This document shows positions 48,632 to 62,393 of a stretch of DNA of 64,000 bases, piece after piece (the stretch's first letter is position 1; every line of letters starts with the position of its first letter). A program made the position numbers and the translations under genes. Below the pieces are notes generated by a model that saw only the letters and a program-made list of their open reading frames with translations, made no database searches and had not been told where the DNA came from. The DNA is from Macrostomum lignano (lineage: Eukaryota): the NCBI GenBank assembly GCA_002269645.1, contig NIVC01000989.1:1-64000 (forward strand), in the 5' to 3' direction.

Positions 48632-48879
48632 CTGGTGCCACCTGTTGAAGGTCCAGAAGCTCCGCGTGGTTGAAGGCCAGTGACCAATGAATTTAGAGCT
48701 GATGCAGACACATGTGGTTGACGTGCTGATGAAATTTGGAGGCTTGGCAAGGCTGTACTGAGGCACCGTGCTGATTGGCGCTTATGGGAAAAATCCGACC
48801 TTCTGGCAGAATCGTCGAATATCTCGACAGTCCGGTGGGCTGGCGACTTGATTCTTGTTTGAATGGCCAGATGTGCAAC
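48632..48879. repeat. Partial inverted copy of the 17.7-18.3 kb dispersed element
   Basis: Its reverse complement aligns with ~17740-18010 (e.g. gtcgagatattcgacgattctgccagaaggtcggatttttcccataagcgcc). Confidence 0.85.
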
Positions 48880-49131
48880 CGACAGCTCAGCCGCAGCTAT
48901 TGCGCAGCTTATCTGAAGGCGGCGTACGGCTGTCAGCCCAAGGACTGGGGGTCGCCACACACAGCCTCAATTACCCCAGCTAATGCTGGCATCCATTTTA
49001 CAGCTGGGTGAACTGAAGCAATGCAGAGTTAAGTATCTTGCTCAAGGACACAAAATTTTCCGAGTTGGTCAAAAATCGAACCCCCGACCTTTCAGTCGTG
49101 AGTCTGGCGCTCTAACCACTAGGCTGCAACC
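48880..49131 (-). mobile_element. tRNA-derived SINE with a CORE (MIR-like) domain
   Basis: Minus-strand head with A box TAGTGGTTAGAGCG and B box GGTTCGATT. It is followed by gtgtccttgagcaagatacttaac...cttcagttcacccagctgtaaaatgg, close to the MIR CORE consensus. The 3' boundary is uncertain. Confidence 0.8.
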
Positions 49132-49567
49132 CCTCCCCACTAAGTGAGCCCACTGAGCCAGTCAATGATTACAATGGATCATAATAGCCTATAACTTTGT
49201 ATTCAGAAGCGTACTGTAAAAGTTTTATCCAAAAGCTTTTATCCTAAAACTAATGCAAAGCTACTCATGCAAATCCAAAGTCAAAAGCAAACAGACTCGA
49301 AGTCACAAGCAATTTACCTTGCTGTTCACCCCCCATAAATGTGGAGGGAAGTCAATCCATCACACTCCTAGTTTGGGAATAGGACTCTGCCTCCTCTCTT
49401 CAAGTTTAGTGTTAATTAATTCATCAATGTGCTCAGCGAAACCTACTCATAAAGCCTGTTACTAAGGTTCCTAGGTGGATCCTTCTAGAGGCTCATAGAG
49501 GTCTATTCGCGCTTTTTAAGAGTCATGTTTCATGTTTCAGAGTAAGAGTCAATTAATCAACTTTCAG

Positions 49568-49670
49568 GTTCAGCAGCAGCAGCAGCAGCAGCAGCTGTCT
49601 ATTTACCAGTCGATGTCTCCACCCAGAAGACAGATTTATGGCGGCGTAGGAGCCAGCAGTGCCGCATCAG
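49568..49670 (+). CDS. Protocadherin exon 2 (cytoplasmic, poly-Q)
   Basis: CTTTCAG acceptor in phase 0, VQQQQQQQQLSIYQSM..., GTGAGC donor in phase 1. Phases fit both neighbouring exons. Confidence 0.65.
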
Positions 49671-49794
49671 GTGAGCCTCATTTTGAGCATCGGGAATTGC
49701 TTGTTTGATAATGCGATTGTTACAATTTTTAGTTGGCGTCTGCATTCTACTCTGTGGATGTCTATTCGATGATCAATGTGCTTAAGTTACACTG

Positions 49795-50190
49795 AATTGT
49801 CACTCGACTATTAACTACTGTCACTCCCCAATCGAATACTGTCCCTCCGTTATCGAGTACTGTCACTCCCTTATCGAGTACTGTCCCTCCCTTATCGAAT
49901 ACAGTCACTCCCTTATGGAATACTGTCACTCCCTTATGGAATACTGTCACTCCCTTATCGAGTACTGTCCCTCCCTTATCGAATACAGTCACTCCCTTAT
50001 CGAATACTGTCACTCCCTTATCGAATACTGTCACTCCCTTATTGAATACTGTCACTCCCTTATTGAATACTGTTACTCCCTTATTGAATACTGTCACTCC
50101 CTTTTCGAATACTGTCACTCCCTTTTCGAATACTGTCACTCCCTTTTCGAATACTGTCACTCCCTTTTCGAATACTGTCACTCCCTTATA
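49795..50190. repeat. 21-bp minisatellite (cgaatactgtcactcccttat)
   Basis: Tandem units. Confidence 0.93.
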
Positions 50191-50744
50191 TAATTCTGAC
50201 ACCCCACTATAGATTTTATCTGCCTGTCTCTCCGATCTTCATTTACTGATTTCACTCAAAAAAAGCCATCTTCTGTCACTCTTAAGTCTTCTTTTAGTAG
50301 CCCATAACTTTCTGTAACTCCAAAATCTCAATTTGTCACTCCAAGATTAAAATTTACCACTCCGAAATTTCTGCAGCCAAATTTTGGTGCAAGTTGGACA
50401 AAAATGCCATTATGATGACTGTTAAAATTTCGGCTGTATCAATTATACAGACCAGGCCGCTAAATTTAACTGCATTTTCATTGGTCGACTGGGTATTTCT
50501 ATGGCGCATGATTATGAAATGCTCTGGAAGTTAATAGAGGAGAGAATTTCGAACGAGAACGTTTAGTCTTCATCATCAGACACGGGTGTCCTCGATTCCT
50601 GCCAAACGATAAATAAGGAAATTTATTGTATGCATAATGCCCCCCAGGCAACCACTTTTAGTCCCAGCTGAAATTCCCGTAAACTTCACCCCGGAGTTAA
50701 AATAAACAATTCATTCCAGGACAAGTCAGCACCTCCCATTCATC

Positions 50745-51030
<286 letters not shown>

Positions 51031-51959
51031 TATCTGCCCCAATAATCCATCTTGAGCAACTTGAGTTCTTATTTCGGTAGTTATTTTATTTTCAGCAGGT
51101 CCCACAGTGGTTGGAGGATCAGAGATTGATGAAGAAGCTGTTTGCCTCCTCGCGGTCCCAGGTGGCTGGAGTGTGAGCAGCGCTGCCTATCAGAGAATAT
51201 GCCTTCAATCTTTATCAAGTGCGCTTCACCACAGGAGAGCTGTCTGGGGCAGGGCACACAATATATGAGCAGCTCAAGCCAGGTGGCAAATTCTTGTCCT
51301 TGGCACCTTCATCCGCTTCCTCGGGACATGCAGTTTTTCTTTCTTCAAGTTTTTTCTTTGCCTCCCCTCCCCAGTTGAGCTCAACCCCCCCCCCGCCCCC
51401 CCCCCCCACAGCAGTCGGGGGGCCATTTTCCAGGCTCCGACTGAATGAGAGGTTTGACATTTCAGCTGACAGCTGACGACATCAGAACAGCAGTCTGGGC
51501 TGCCCCCACCCCCTAAAACCTATTGTCAGTTCGCTTGACAATAGAAATAGAAAAAAAAAACACTTCAGAATCTGTGATGGTAGGGACAGTCAAAGCAAGT
51601 ACGTTTTTCACCGTGCGACAAAGGCATTTAATATTTCCCGCGCCACAAATTGTGTCCCAAACTGTGTTTATATTCAGTTTTTTTAATAAACAGAATTTTC
51701 CAATTCCATAGTTATCGAAAGAGAGGGGGAACCTGAGTAAAACAAAAAAACGATTAGAATTATTTTTAACAAAAAATACCGGTCTCCAGAGAGTTTCAAT
51801 AAATGCCGCCAGCTTTCAAACGGGAAGGTTTCTCTTTGTTTCTCATATTGGAAAGCTGACAATTATGTCAGGTCGTGACTCTGTTTTAATAATTATAAGC
51901 TCTAATTAAAATTAACACTGAACTCAGCGCCCAGTGCGTTAATTAAACGGCTTTTATAC

Positions 51960-52472
51960 TTGTGGCGCCGCTGGTTGTAGCGCGTTTTTTGTGGCGCCGT
52001 TTGTTTGTTTTGTTTCTTTCAGCGCCGATTATTTGTGGCGCCGATTCTTTGTGGCGCCGATTCTTTGTGAAGCCGATTCTTTGTGAAGCCGATTCTTTGT
52101 AGCGCCGATTCTTTGTGGCGCCGATTCTTTGTGGCGCCGATTCTTTGTGGCGCCGATTCTTTGTGGCGCCGATTCTTTGTGGCGCCGAATCTTTGTGGCG
52201 CCCATTCTTTGTGGCGCCGATTCTTTGTGGCGCCCATTCTTTGTGGCGCCGATTCTTTGTGGCGCCGATTCTTTGTGGCGGCGATTCTTTGTGGCGCCGA
52301 ATCTTTGTGGCGCCGATTCTTTGTGGCGCCGATTCTTTGTGGCGCCGATCCTTTGTGGCGCCGATTCTTTGTGGCGCCGATTCTTTGTGGCGCCGATTCT
52401 TTGTGGCGCCGATTCTTTGTGGCGCCTTTTCTTTGTAATGCCGATTCTTTGTGGCGCCGATTCTTTGTGGCG
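51960..52472. repeat. 16-bp minisatellite (gtggcgccgattcttt)
   Basis: About 30 tandem units. Confidence 0.95.
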
Positions 52473-53204
52473 CTATTTAAGGAATGCCTTCAAGCGTTCG
52501 AGACGTCTTCTCCCACACCGTCAAGCCAGTCCGAGTCCTTCGTCACCCCACTTATGTCGAAATTTCTTATTGACAGAAACCGACAAGCGAAAGAAAAATT
52601 TAGTTGACCAGAACAGCGAGAATGTTGTTCCCAGCTTGCGCCCGAATGGTTTCTAATAGCAGCGCGTTCATGGACTGCTACAAACTAAACAAGGTCTATG
52701 GATTGGAAAGCGCTTATCAGAGTGGATAGATCTCTCATTTAGTAGTCCTTGGTTCTTCAATTTTCATTCCAGTCGAACCGTCATCCAAGAATCTGGGATG
52801 CAGAGCCAGGGGGGAAGGGAAGGGGGCTTGGCAAGAACACGGGTTGTTTTCTTCTGGCGAATTTCTTAATTCCTCCTCCTCTTTTGCGACGAAAGAAAAT
52901 TGCAGGAAATCCAGCTGGCTGCACAGTTTCAGGGTGACAGGGACTGCCAAGAGGATTAGCTGGACTGAAAAAAGGCCGAATCGAAACTCTGCTGACAGAA
53001 AATTGAATTGAATCATAGAGCCGGAGAAATTTCCTACTAAAAGAGACTGAGGCTCCTTTTCGGTTCCAATAGCACCTTCGGTCGAGGGAATTAACGGATA
53101 GAGAATAGCGAAGTTGAGAAAGCTTTCAATGGTTTCAGTGGCTTGAGTTCCTCTTTTCAAGTTAGGCTCGCTCGATTCAAGCGGATCTACGTAATATATA
53201 GATT

Positions 53205-53790
53205 ACGTAGACTTCATAACTTCAACTTCATACAACTTCGCAAGCTGAAAACTTCACAAATTTTAAACTCCACAAACTTTAAACTTCACAACATTGAAAC
53301 TACAAAAGCTCGAAACTTCCCAAGCTCGAAACTTCCCAAGCTCGAAACTTCACAAAATCGAATCTTCACAAGCTCGAAACTTCACAAGCTCGAAACTTCA
53401 CAAGCTCGAATCTTCACAAGCTCGAAACTTCACAAGCTCGAATCTTCACAAGCTCAAAACTTCACAAGCTCGAAACTTCACAATCTCGAATCTTCACAAG
53501 CTCGAAATTTTACAAGCTCGAAACTTCACAAACCTGAAACTTCACAAGCTCGAATCTTCACAAGCTCGAATCTTCACAAGCTCGAATCTTCACAAGCTCG
53601 AAACTTCACAAGCTCGAAACTTCACAAGCTCGAAACTTCACAAGCTCGAATCTTCACAAGCTCGAATCTTCACAAGCTCGAATCTTCACAAGCTCGAAAT
53701 TTCACAAGCTCGAAACTTCAAAAGCTCGAATCTTCACAAGCTCGAAACTTCAAAAGCTCGAATCTTCACAAGCTCGAAACTTCAAAAGCT
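53205..53790. repeat. 16-bp minisatellite (aagctcgaaacttcac)
   Basis: Tandem units, degenerate at the left end. Confidence 0.94.
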
Positions 53791-54080
53791 TTAGCGAACT
53801 TTTACTTTGGCTAGTGCACAACATAAATAAATTTAACAGTGTTAAAGTTTCGAACCTTCAGTCGAACTAAAGATTTTTTAAAAGTTTTTAAACGGTGCTG
53901 CGTTACAATTCGAATGATGTGCATAGACTTCTAAAACTAGCGTCTGGACTCTCAGACTCTCAGAGAGCAGACTCTCCTGCCAGAGGTCCCGGGTTCGATT
54001 CGGCGCGCGGCTAAATTGACACCGAGAATCGCATTAAAATTGATATTTTTTCTCTATGCACCGCTGCCTCATCCCCGCAG

Positions 54081-54607
54081 ACTATTATCACTTCAAGGAT
54101 GATCAGCCCAGCGAGCAGCTGCTCAAAACATTCGAGCTCAAGCACTTCGGTCCCGACGTTGTCTACCGAGCATTGCAGCAGGAACCGCCTGCTTCTGCGA
54201 CAGCCGCCGCCGCCGCCGCGGTGACACGATCGCCGTGCAGTCGCTCCAGTCGTCATCAGCCCTACCAGACGCTGATGTACCATCGGCAGAATTCTCAGGC
54301 TAGGAGAGCTACGCTGCGCCACCAGCCGGTCAGCTGCTTTACTGACGCTACCGACGATGCCAATGCGGTGTTCTATCAGCCCGGTAGGAAGTCGCTGCAC
54401 CGGTCGGAGTCCGACCTGCCCGCTGCTAACTCTGGACGGACGTCGCAGAGACGTCAACAGCAGCAGCAGCAGCAACAACAGCAACAACAGCACCAGAAGA
54501 CGTCTTCTTCAGCGTTTCATCGACCAAGTAGAAGCCTTCGCACCATCGATGGCAGCTGGGGCACCCCGCTCAAGCCTTACCCGTCAGTGCAGGCCAGCTA
54601 TGTGTGA
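54081..54607 (+). CDS. Protocadherin terminal exon (cytoplasmic tail)
   Basis: CCCCGCAG acceptor in phase 1, then DYYHFKDDQPSEQ... to TGA at 54607. The three exons sum to an open 1162-aa frame. Confidence 0.7.
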
Positions 54608-54764
54608 GCCGAGCGTGCGTTTAGACAATGGTGCTTTCCGGATTGTAGCGAGCGTAAATCATATTAAAAACGTTTAATTTTTAGGCAGTAAATTTTTTTT
54701 GGTTAATAAGCTTTCCCTCTGAAAATAACTTTGACTGAACTTCTAAACCATATTAATTTTTTAC

Positions 54765-57716
54765 CCCAGTCCCCATGTAGCCACCAACCCCCTCAAACAC
54801 CCCAGTCCCCGCGTAGCCACCAACCCTCTCAAACACCCCAGTCCCCATGTAGCCACCAACCCCCTCAAACACCCCAGTCACCGCGTAGCCACCAACCCCC
54901 TCAAACACCCCAGTCCCCGCGTAGCCACCAACCCCCTCAAACACCCCAGTCCCCGCGTAGCCACCAACCCCCTCAAACACCCCAGTCCCCGCGTAGTCAC
55001 CAACCCACTCAAACACCCCAGTCCCTGCGTAGCCACCAACCCCCTCAAACACCCAAGCCACCGCGTAGCCACCAACCCCCTCAAACACCCCAGCCACCGC
55101 GTAGCCACAAACCCCCTCAAACACCCCAGCCACCGCGTAGCCACCACCCCCTCAAGCACCCCAGTCATCGCGTAGCCACCAACCCCCTCAAACACCCCAG
55201 TCCCCGCGTAGCCACCAACCCCCTCAAACACCCCAGTCCCCGCGTAGCCACCAACCCCCTCAAACACCCCAGTCCCCGCGTAGCCACCAACCCCTCAAAC
55301 ACCCCAGTCACCGCGTAGCCACCAACCCCCTCAAACACCCCAGCCACCGCGTAGCCACCAACCCCCTCAAACACCCCAGTCACCGCGTAGCCACCAACCC
55401 CTCAAACACACAAGTCCCCGCGTAGCCATCAACCCCCTCAAACACCCCAGTCACCGCGTAGCCACCAACCCCCTCAAACACACAAGTCCCCGCGTAGCCA
55501 TCAACCCCCTCAAACACCCCAGTCACCGCGTAGCCACCAACCCCCTCAAACACACAAGTCCCCGCGTAGCCATCAACCCCCTCAAACACCCCAGTCACCG
55601 CGTAGCCACAACCCCCTCAAACACACAGTCACCGCGTAGCCACCAACCCCCTCAAACACACAAGTCCCCAAGTCCCCGCGTAGCCATCAACCCCCTCAAA
55701 CACCCCAGTCACCGCGTAGCCACCAACCCCCTCAAACACCCCAGTCCTTGCGTAGCCACCAACCCGCTCAAACACCCCAGTCCCCGCGTAGCCACCAACC
55801 CCTCAAACACCCCAGTCACCGCGTAGCCACCAACCCCTCAAAACCCCAGTCACCGCGTAGCCACCAACCCCTCAAACACACAGTCCCGCGTAGCCATCAA
55901 CCCCTCAAACACCAGTCCCCGCGTAGCCACCAACCCCTCAAACACCCCAGTCCCCGCGTAGCCACCAACCCCCTCAAACACCCCAGTCACCGCGTAGCCA
56001 CCAACCTCAAACACCCCAGCCACCGCGTAGCCACCACCCCTCAAACACCCCAGTCACCGCGTAGCCACCAACCCCCTCAAACACCCCAGTCCCGCGTAGC
56101 CACCAACCCCCTCAAACACCCCAGTCACCGCGTAGCCACCAACCCTCTCAAACACCCCAGTCCCGCGTAGCCACCAACCCCTCAAACACCCCAGTCACCG
56201 CGTAGCCACCAACCCCCTCAAACACCCCAGTCACCGCGTAGCCACCAACCCCCTCAAACACCCCAGTCACCGCGTAGCCACCAACCCCCTCAAACACCCC
56301 AGTCCCGCGTAGCCACCAACCCCCTCAAACACCCCAGCCCCGCGTAGCCACCAACCCCCTCAAACACACAGTCCCCGCGTAGCCATCAACCCCCTCAAAC
56401 ACCCCAGTCACCGCGTAGCCACCAACCCCCTCAAACACACAGTCCCGCGTAGCCATCAACCCCCTCAAACACCCCAGTCACCGCGTAGCCACCAACCCCC
56501 TCAAACACCCCAGTCACCGCGTAGCCACCAACCCCCTCAAACACCCCAGTCCCGCGTAGCCACCAACCCCCTCAAACACCCCAGTCACCGCGTAGCCACC
56601 AACCCCCTCAAACACCCCAGCCACCGCGTAGCCACCAACCCCCTCAAACACACAAGTCCCCGCGTAGCCACCAACCCCCTCAAACACACCAGTCACCGCG
56701 TAGCCACCAACCCCCTCAAACACCCCAGTCACCGCGTAGCCACCAACCCCCTCAAACACCCCAGTCCCGCGTAGCCACCAACCCCTCAAACACCCCAGTC
56801 ACCGCGTAGCCACCAACCCCTCAAACACCCCAGCCACCGCGTAGCCACCAACCCCCTCAAACACCCCAGTCACCGCGTAGCCACCAACCCCTCAAACACA
56901 CAAGTCCCGCGTAGCCATCAACCCCCTCAAACACCCCAGTCACCGCGTAGCCACCAACCCCCTCAAACACACAGTCCCCGCGTAGCCATCAACCCCCTCA
57001 AACACCCCAGTCCCGCGTAGCCACCAACCCCCTCAAACACACAAGTCCCGCGTAGCCACCAACCCCCTCAAACACCCCAGTCACCGCGTAGCCACCAACC
57101 CCCTCAAACACACAAGTCCCGCGTAGCCATCAACCCCCTCAAACACCCCAGTCACCGCGTAGCCACCAACCCCCTCAAACACACAAGTCCCCGCGTAGCC
57201 ATCAACCCCCTCAAACACCCCAGTCACCGCGTAGCCACCAACCCCCTCAAACACACAAGTCCCCGCGTAGCCATCAACCCCCTCAAACACCCCAGTCACC
57301 GCGTAGCCACCAACCCCCTCAAACACCCCAGTCACCGCGTAGCCACCAACCCCCTCAAACACCCCAGCCACCGCGTAGCCACCAACCCCCTCAAACACCC
57401 CAGTCACCGCGTAGCCACCAACCCTCTCAAACACCCCAGTCCCCGCGTAGCCACCAACCCCTCAAACACCCCAGTCACCGCGTAGCCACCAACCCCCTCA
57501 AACACCCCAGTCACCGCGTAGCCACCAACCCCCTCAAACACCCCAGTCACCGCGTAGCCACCAACCCCCTCAAACACCCCAGTCACCGCGTAGCCACCAA
57601 CCCCTCAAACACCCCAGTCACCGCGTAGCCACCAACCCCCTCAAACACCCCAGTCCCCGCGTAGCCACCAACCCCTCAAACACCCCAGTCCCCGCGTAGC
57701 CACCAACCCCTCAAAC
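54765..57716. repeat. 36-bp C-rich minisatellite, ~2.95 kb
   Basis: Tandem ccccagtcaccgcgtagccaccaaccccctcaaaca, with many 1-bp-short units in the middle. Confidence 0.97.
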
Positions 57717-58790
57717 ACTAGAGTCCTCTGAACAACTTAGGCAGTCACATCGCCCGTCGGTTAAAGTTACGCAGGCATTCAAAGAAGAGCATTGAGCACT
57801 TCACACATGCGCCAATATTTCTTTCTACTGCACAATCAAAAATACGATCATGTTACTACCTGTACAGCTTGCAAAATTGTTTAACCTGCACATTCACTGG
57901 TTTAAAAAGTGTTGTTAAAATTATAATAATTAGTTAAGCTGCATCGAAAAAACTACTTTCTGTAACTATATTATTATACTATAATATAATTGGTTACTTA
58001 AATTCTCTGCTCCTTTCTGCACTTTTTTCTAAAAGTACACACTTCACTTTAACAACTTGTATTTCATTGTTTGTCACAAAGTTTTTTTCTTACATTTGAA
58101 ATTAAACCAAATTAGGTTGTCAGAACGTAAATTGAATCTGCTGACTGAAAAAGAAACTTTTTTATTTATGTAATACTTCTAATTCTTTAGTGCAAGTTAT
58201 GATACATCGGGAAATACCCGATTTGAGAGATTTGAAATCAAATGAAAATCTTCTAGTGTAAATTAAAAGATACAGAACTTTGCACTTTGCATCGTCCAAA
58301 ACATCCATAAACATCAATACAAACCTTTGGCAACATCGTCCCACAGTTCTGAGACAACACGCTCCTTGGTTGCAAGAATTTAACTTAATACAAAATACAA
58401 TGAAATATTCAAAGTTGAGAGTTGAAACGCAATGAGATGAAGTTCAATCATGAAGTCTCCATGCACCACACACCATGCAGTTTCTCATTCTGTTGAGAAA
58501 TAAAAAAATTTTATAATTCTTCTGCGCAGAATCTTGCGCAGCGCAGAAGGCTGAGTGAAATTTCCGAACTTATAAACCGCAGTCGTATAGCTGTTAGCCC
58601 TCCACTCGAAAGCTCTTTTAAACTGCTGACTTCCAAAAACTGTGTCTCTACTATGTGCGATCTTGCAGTTGGGAAAAATTCTTTTCAAAGTGTCAGTTCG
58701 AAATTTGATTTTTTTTTCAATGCATTCAGAAATAAATTTCTGAAGATTTTAGAAGCACTGATGCAAAATCTTTCTTTAGGCTCATCCATA

Positions 58791-60505
58791 TCTATAATGA
58801 GTCATGCCTGTCTATAATGAGTCATGTCTGTCTATAATGAGTCATGCTTGTCTATAATGAGTCATGCCTGTCTATAATGAGTCATGCCTGTCTATAATGA
58901 GTCATGCCTGTCTATAATGAGTCATGCCTGTCTATAATGAGTCATGCCTGTCTATATTGAGTCATGCTTGTCTATAATGAGTCATGCCTGTCTATAATGA
59001 GTCATGCTTGTCTATAATGAGTCATGCTTGTCTATAATGAGTCATGCTTGTCTATAAGGAGTCATGCTTGTCTATAATGAGTCATGCCTGTCTATAATGA
59101 GTCATGCCTGTCTATAAAATGAGTCATGCCTGTCTATAATGAGTCATGCCTGTCTATAATGATTCATGCCTGTCTATAATGATTCATGCCTGTCTATAAT
59201 GAGTCATGCTTGTCTATAATGAGTCATGCTTGTCTATAATGAGTCATGCTTGTCTATAATGAGTCATGCTTGTCTATAATGAGTCATGCTTGTCTATAAT
59301 GAGTCATGCTTGTCTATAATGAGTCATGCTTGTCTATAATGAGTCATGCTTGTCTATAATGAGTCATGCCTGTCTATAATGAGTCACGCTTGTCTATAAT
59401 GAGTCATGCTTGTCTATAATGAGTCATGCTTGTCTATAATGAGTCATGCTTGTCTATAATGAGTCATGCTTGTCTATAATGAGTCATGCCTGTCTATAAT
59501 GAGTCATGCCTGTCTATAATGAGTCATGCTTGTCTATAATGAGTCATGCCTGTCTATAATGAGTCATGCCTGTCTATAATGAGTCATGCCTGTCTATAAT
59601 GAGTCATGACAGTCTATAATGAGTCATGCCTGTCTATAATGAGTCATGCCTGTCTATAATGAGTCATGCTTGTCTATAATGAGTCATGCCTGTCTATAAT
59701 GAGTCATGCCTGTCTATAATGAGTCATGCTTGTCTATAATGAGTCATGCCTCATGCCTGTCTATAATGAGTCATGCCTGTCTATAATGAGTCATGCTTGT
59801 CTATAATTAGTCATGCTTGTTATGAGCCATGCTTGTCTATAATGACTCACGCATGTCTATAATGAGTCATGCTTATCTATAGTGAGTCATGACAGTCTAT
59901 AAGAAGTCATCACTGTCTATAACGAGTCATGACTGTCTATATTGAGTCATGCATGTCTATAATGAGTTATGCTAGTCTACGAGTATAATGAGTCATGCAG
60001 GTCATACTAATTGGTCATACAGGTAGACACCATACTAATGAGTCGTGGGTGCCACACTAATGAGTCATGGGAGCCATACTAATGAGTCAAGGGTGCTATA
60101 CTTATGAGTCATGGGTGCCATACTAATGAGTCATGGGAGCCATACTTATGAGTAATGGGTGCCATACTTATGAGTCATGGGTGCCACACTAATGAGTCAT
60201 GGGAGCCATACTAATGAGTCAAGGGTGCTATACTTATGAGTCATGGGAGCCATACTTATGAGTAATGGGTGCCATACCAATGAGTCATGGGTGCTATACT
60301 AAAGAGTCATGGGTGCTATACTAAAGAGTCATGGGTGCTATACTAAAGAGTCATGGGTGCTATACTAAAGAGTCATGGGTGCTATACTAATGAGTCATGG
60401 GTGCCATACTAATGAGTCATGGGTGCCATACTAATGAGTCATGGGTGCCATACTAATGAGTCATGGGTGCCATACTAATGAGTCATGGGTGCGCCTTACT
60501 AATGA
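58791..60505. repeat. Compound minisatellite: 20-bp tctataatgagtcatgcctg grading into a ~22-bp atactaatgagtcatgggtgcc
   Basis: Two related units that share the TAATGAGTCATG core. Confidence 0.96.
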
Positions 60506-61679
60506 GTTAGTGGTGGCAGTCACACAGTTACTAGGTCATAAAGAAAATAAGTAGCTTATGTCTAGAAATCCTCCTATAGATTAGTACTACACAGGCACAG
60601 ATGCAGTAATTGCAATCGAATTTTGATCAAAGCATACTTTATAATTATCATAAAGCAAACTAGATTAGAACGAAGAACGAAGATGACTCTCTCTCTAAGA
60701 AACATTCAAATATTTTCTGAATAATCCATTTCCTCGATTGTGTCTCATCTGCTTTCTCATCCCCTAACTAAGTTAGCCAGACTTGTTGCATAGTAAACAG
60801 TTGCATCACTTTTACATCTGTGTCTTCAATTCTAGACCTCAGTTTTTTGGTTTGAAAATTCTATATGCATGGAACAGTTTCACTTTTCTTTATGTGCAGC
60901 GATCTCAGTCTTAGCATTTCAAACATTTTCGTATTTCAGATTCCGTCAAAATACTTAGTGTACTAAAATATGTGACCTGCTTTGCTTCTAGAAGGGTTAA
61001 TTAACTGTAAAGAAATTCTACATTGATTTCAATTAGCTTTAGGTTATTAATGTAGAACACTGGGGGGGGGGCAAGAACAGGTGCTGCCGCTGCGCATTCA
61101 GTCTCTCGCGAGCTGTTCGCCATGTTGGTCACATTTTATTAGCCACTTTTAAACAAGCCGACCATAACGCAGAGCCGCACGGCATGTGTAAAAAGCTCCC
61201 TTTCTGCTTTTGCTATTCTGTCTGTAGTTGAATTATTTTATTCAATGTTTGGGCCCTTTTTTATTGTTCGTGATGGCGGAAATGCGACTTCTGATGAATT
61301 TGGCAGTCAGTTGGTGACTCAACTACTATATTTAAAGACAGGCCCGCTGCACACAGCTGGGAACGGTTAGCTTCAGCTTGAAAACAATTTAGTCGAATAT
61401 TTCATATAATAGGGTAGAGAATTTATAAAAACTTCAGCACTTTAAAATTGTTAATTTATTTAATGAGTTTCGTATTGTCATCTTAGTTCGCGATCTACAA
61501 GACAGTTACGCTCGTACACAGGTCAGTTTTTTTAAGCTTCTTTTCCTTATTTTGTTCGCAGTTTAAAAGGTTGCAACTTAGCAACATTCTACTTGTAGTA
61601 GAAATATGTGCAAAAATTAGTTCAAATTAAAATTAAATATTTAAATTGATTCATTGAAACAATTCCCAATCTCGAAAGT

Positions 61680-61835
61680 TCAACGCGACGATGGAGTCGA
61701 CGAGTGCGGATGCTGGTGCTGGTGCAGAGGCTCCGTGTCCTCGGCCACCGCGCCAGCCGGAATGTTCACCTTGTTAGAAACCAGAACGTCAGCTTGAACT
61801 GGCGTCATGTCAACGTAGAGAGCCTCAGCGTTAGA
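61680..61835 (-). CDS. ARMH1: Armadillo-like helical domain protein 1 (C1orf228), terminal exon
   Basis: TTTCAG|SNAEALYVDMTPVQADVLVSNKVN matches ARMH1 SNAEDLYMKIDSIQADIL. TGA at 61680-61682. Confidence 0.78.
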   Translation of the reverse strand, partial: SNAEALYVDMTPVQADVLVSNKVNIPAGAVAEDTEPLHQHQHPHSSTPSSR

Positions 61836-62039
61836 CTGAAAAAAATTTTTTGGTTTAATTCAAGATCACTGAATAGAGCGCATAGCAGAAATCAATACAC
61901 TTTTCTCTACCCTTCTCTGGTCCGTCCTGCGCAATCCCAGTTTTTTAGCCCTACTCGAGCCCACTACCCTACGACCAGCACAATGCCACAACCCTCAAAC
62001 CCCCGGTTTCTCAACCCTCCTGGGCCCACCTCCTTATAC

Positions 62040-62290
62040 CTTCCAACACCAACCCCCCACTTTTCTTACCCCCATTTGGGCCCACCACCTCACACCGCGT
62101 CCAACACCAACCCCCCACTTTTCTACCCCATTTGGGCCCACCACCTCACACCGCGTCCAACACCAACCCCCCCACTTTTCTACCCCATTTGGGCCCACCA
62201 CCTCACACCGCGTCCAACACACCCCAATTTTCTACCCCATTTGGGCCCACCACCTCACACCGCGTCCAACATCCACCCCCACTTTTCCTA
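62040..62290. repeat. ~55-60-bp tandem repeat in the last ARMH1 intron
   Basis: Four copies of ccccatttgggcccaccacctcacaccgcgtccaacacc. Confidence 0.9.
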
Positions 62291-62393
62291 GCACTCCTTG
62301 TGCCGACCACCTCATGGACGCCCAGCACAACTCACACTGTCAAATTCTTCAACAGTAGCTGAGCCTGCATAGCTTCGTACATGTAACACTCAC

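Noticed and set aside
51099-51161. Possible symmetric (phase 1/1) cassette exon of the protocadherin
   Set aside because: Good acceptor but a weak donor (GTGGCT), and no homology support.
53940-54010. tRNA or SINE head (B-box GGTTCGATTC)
   Set aside because: No convincing A box or cloverleaf; at most a decayed SINE fragment.
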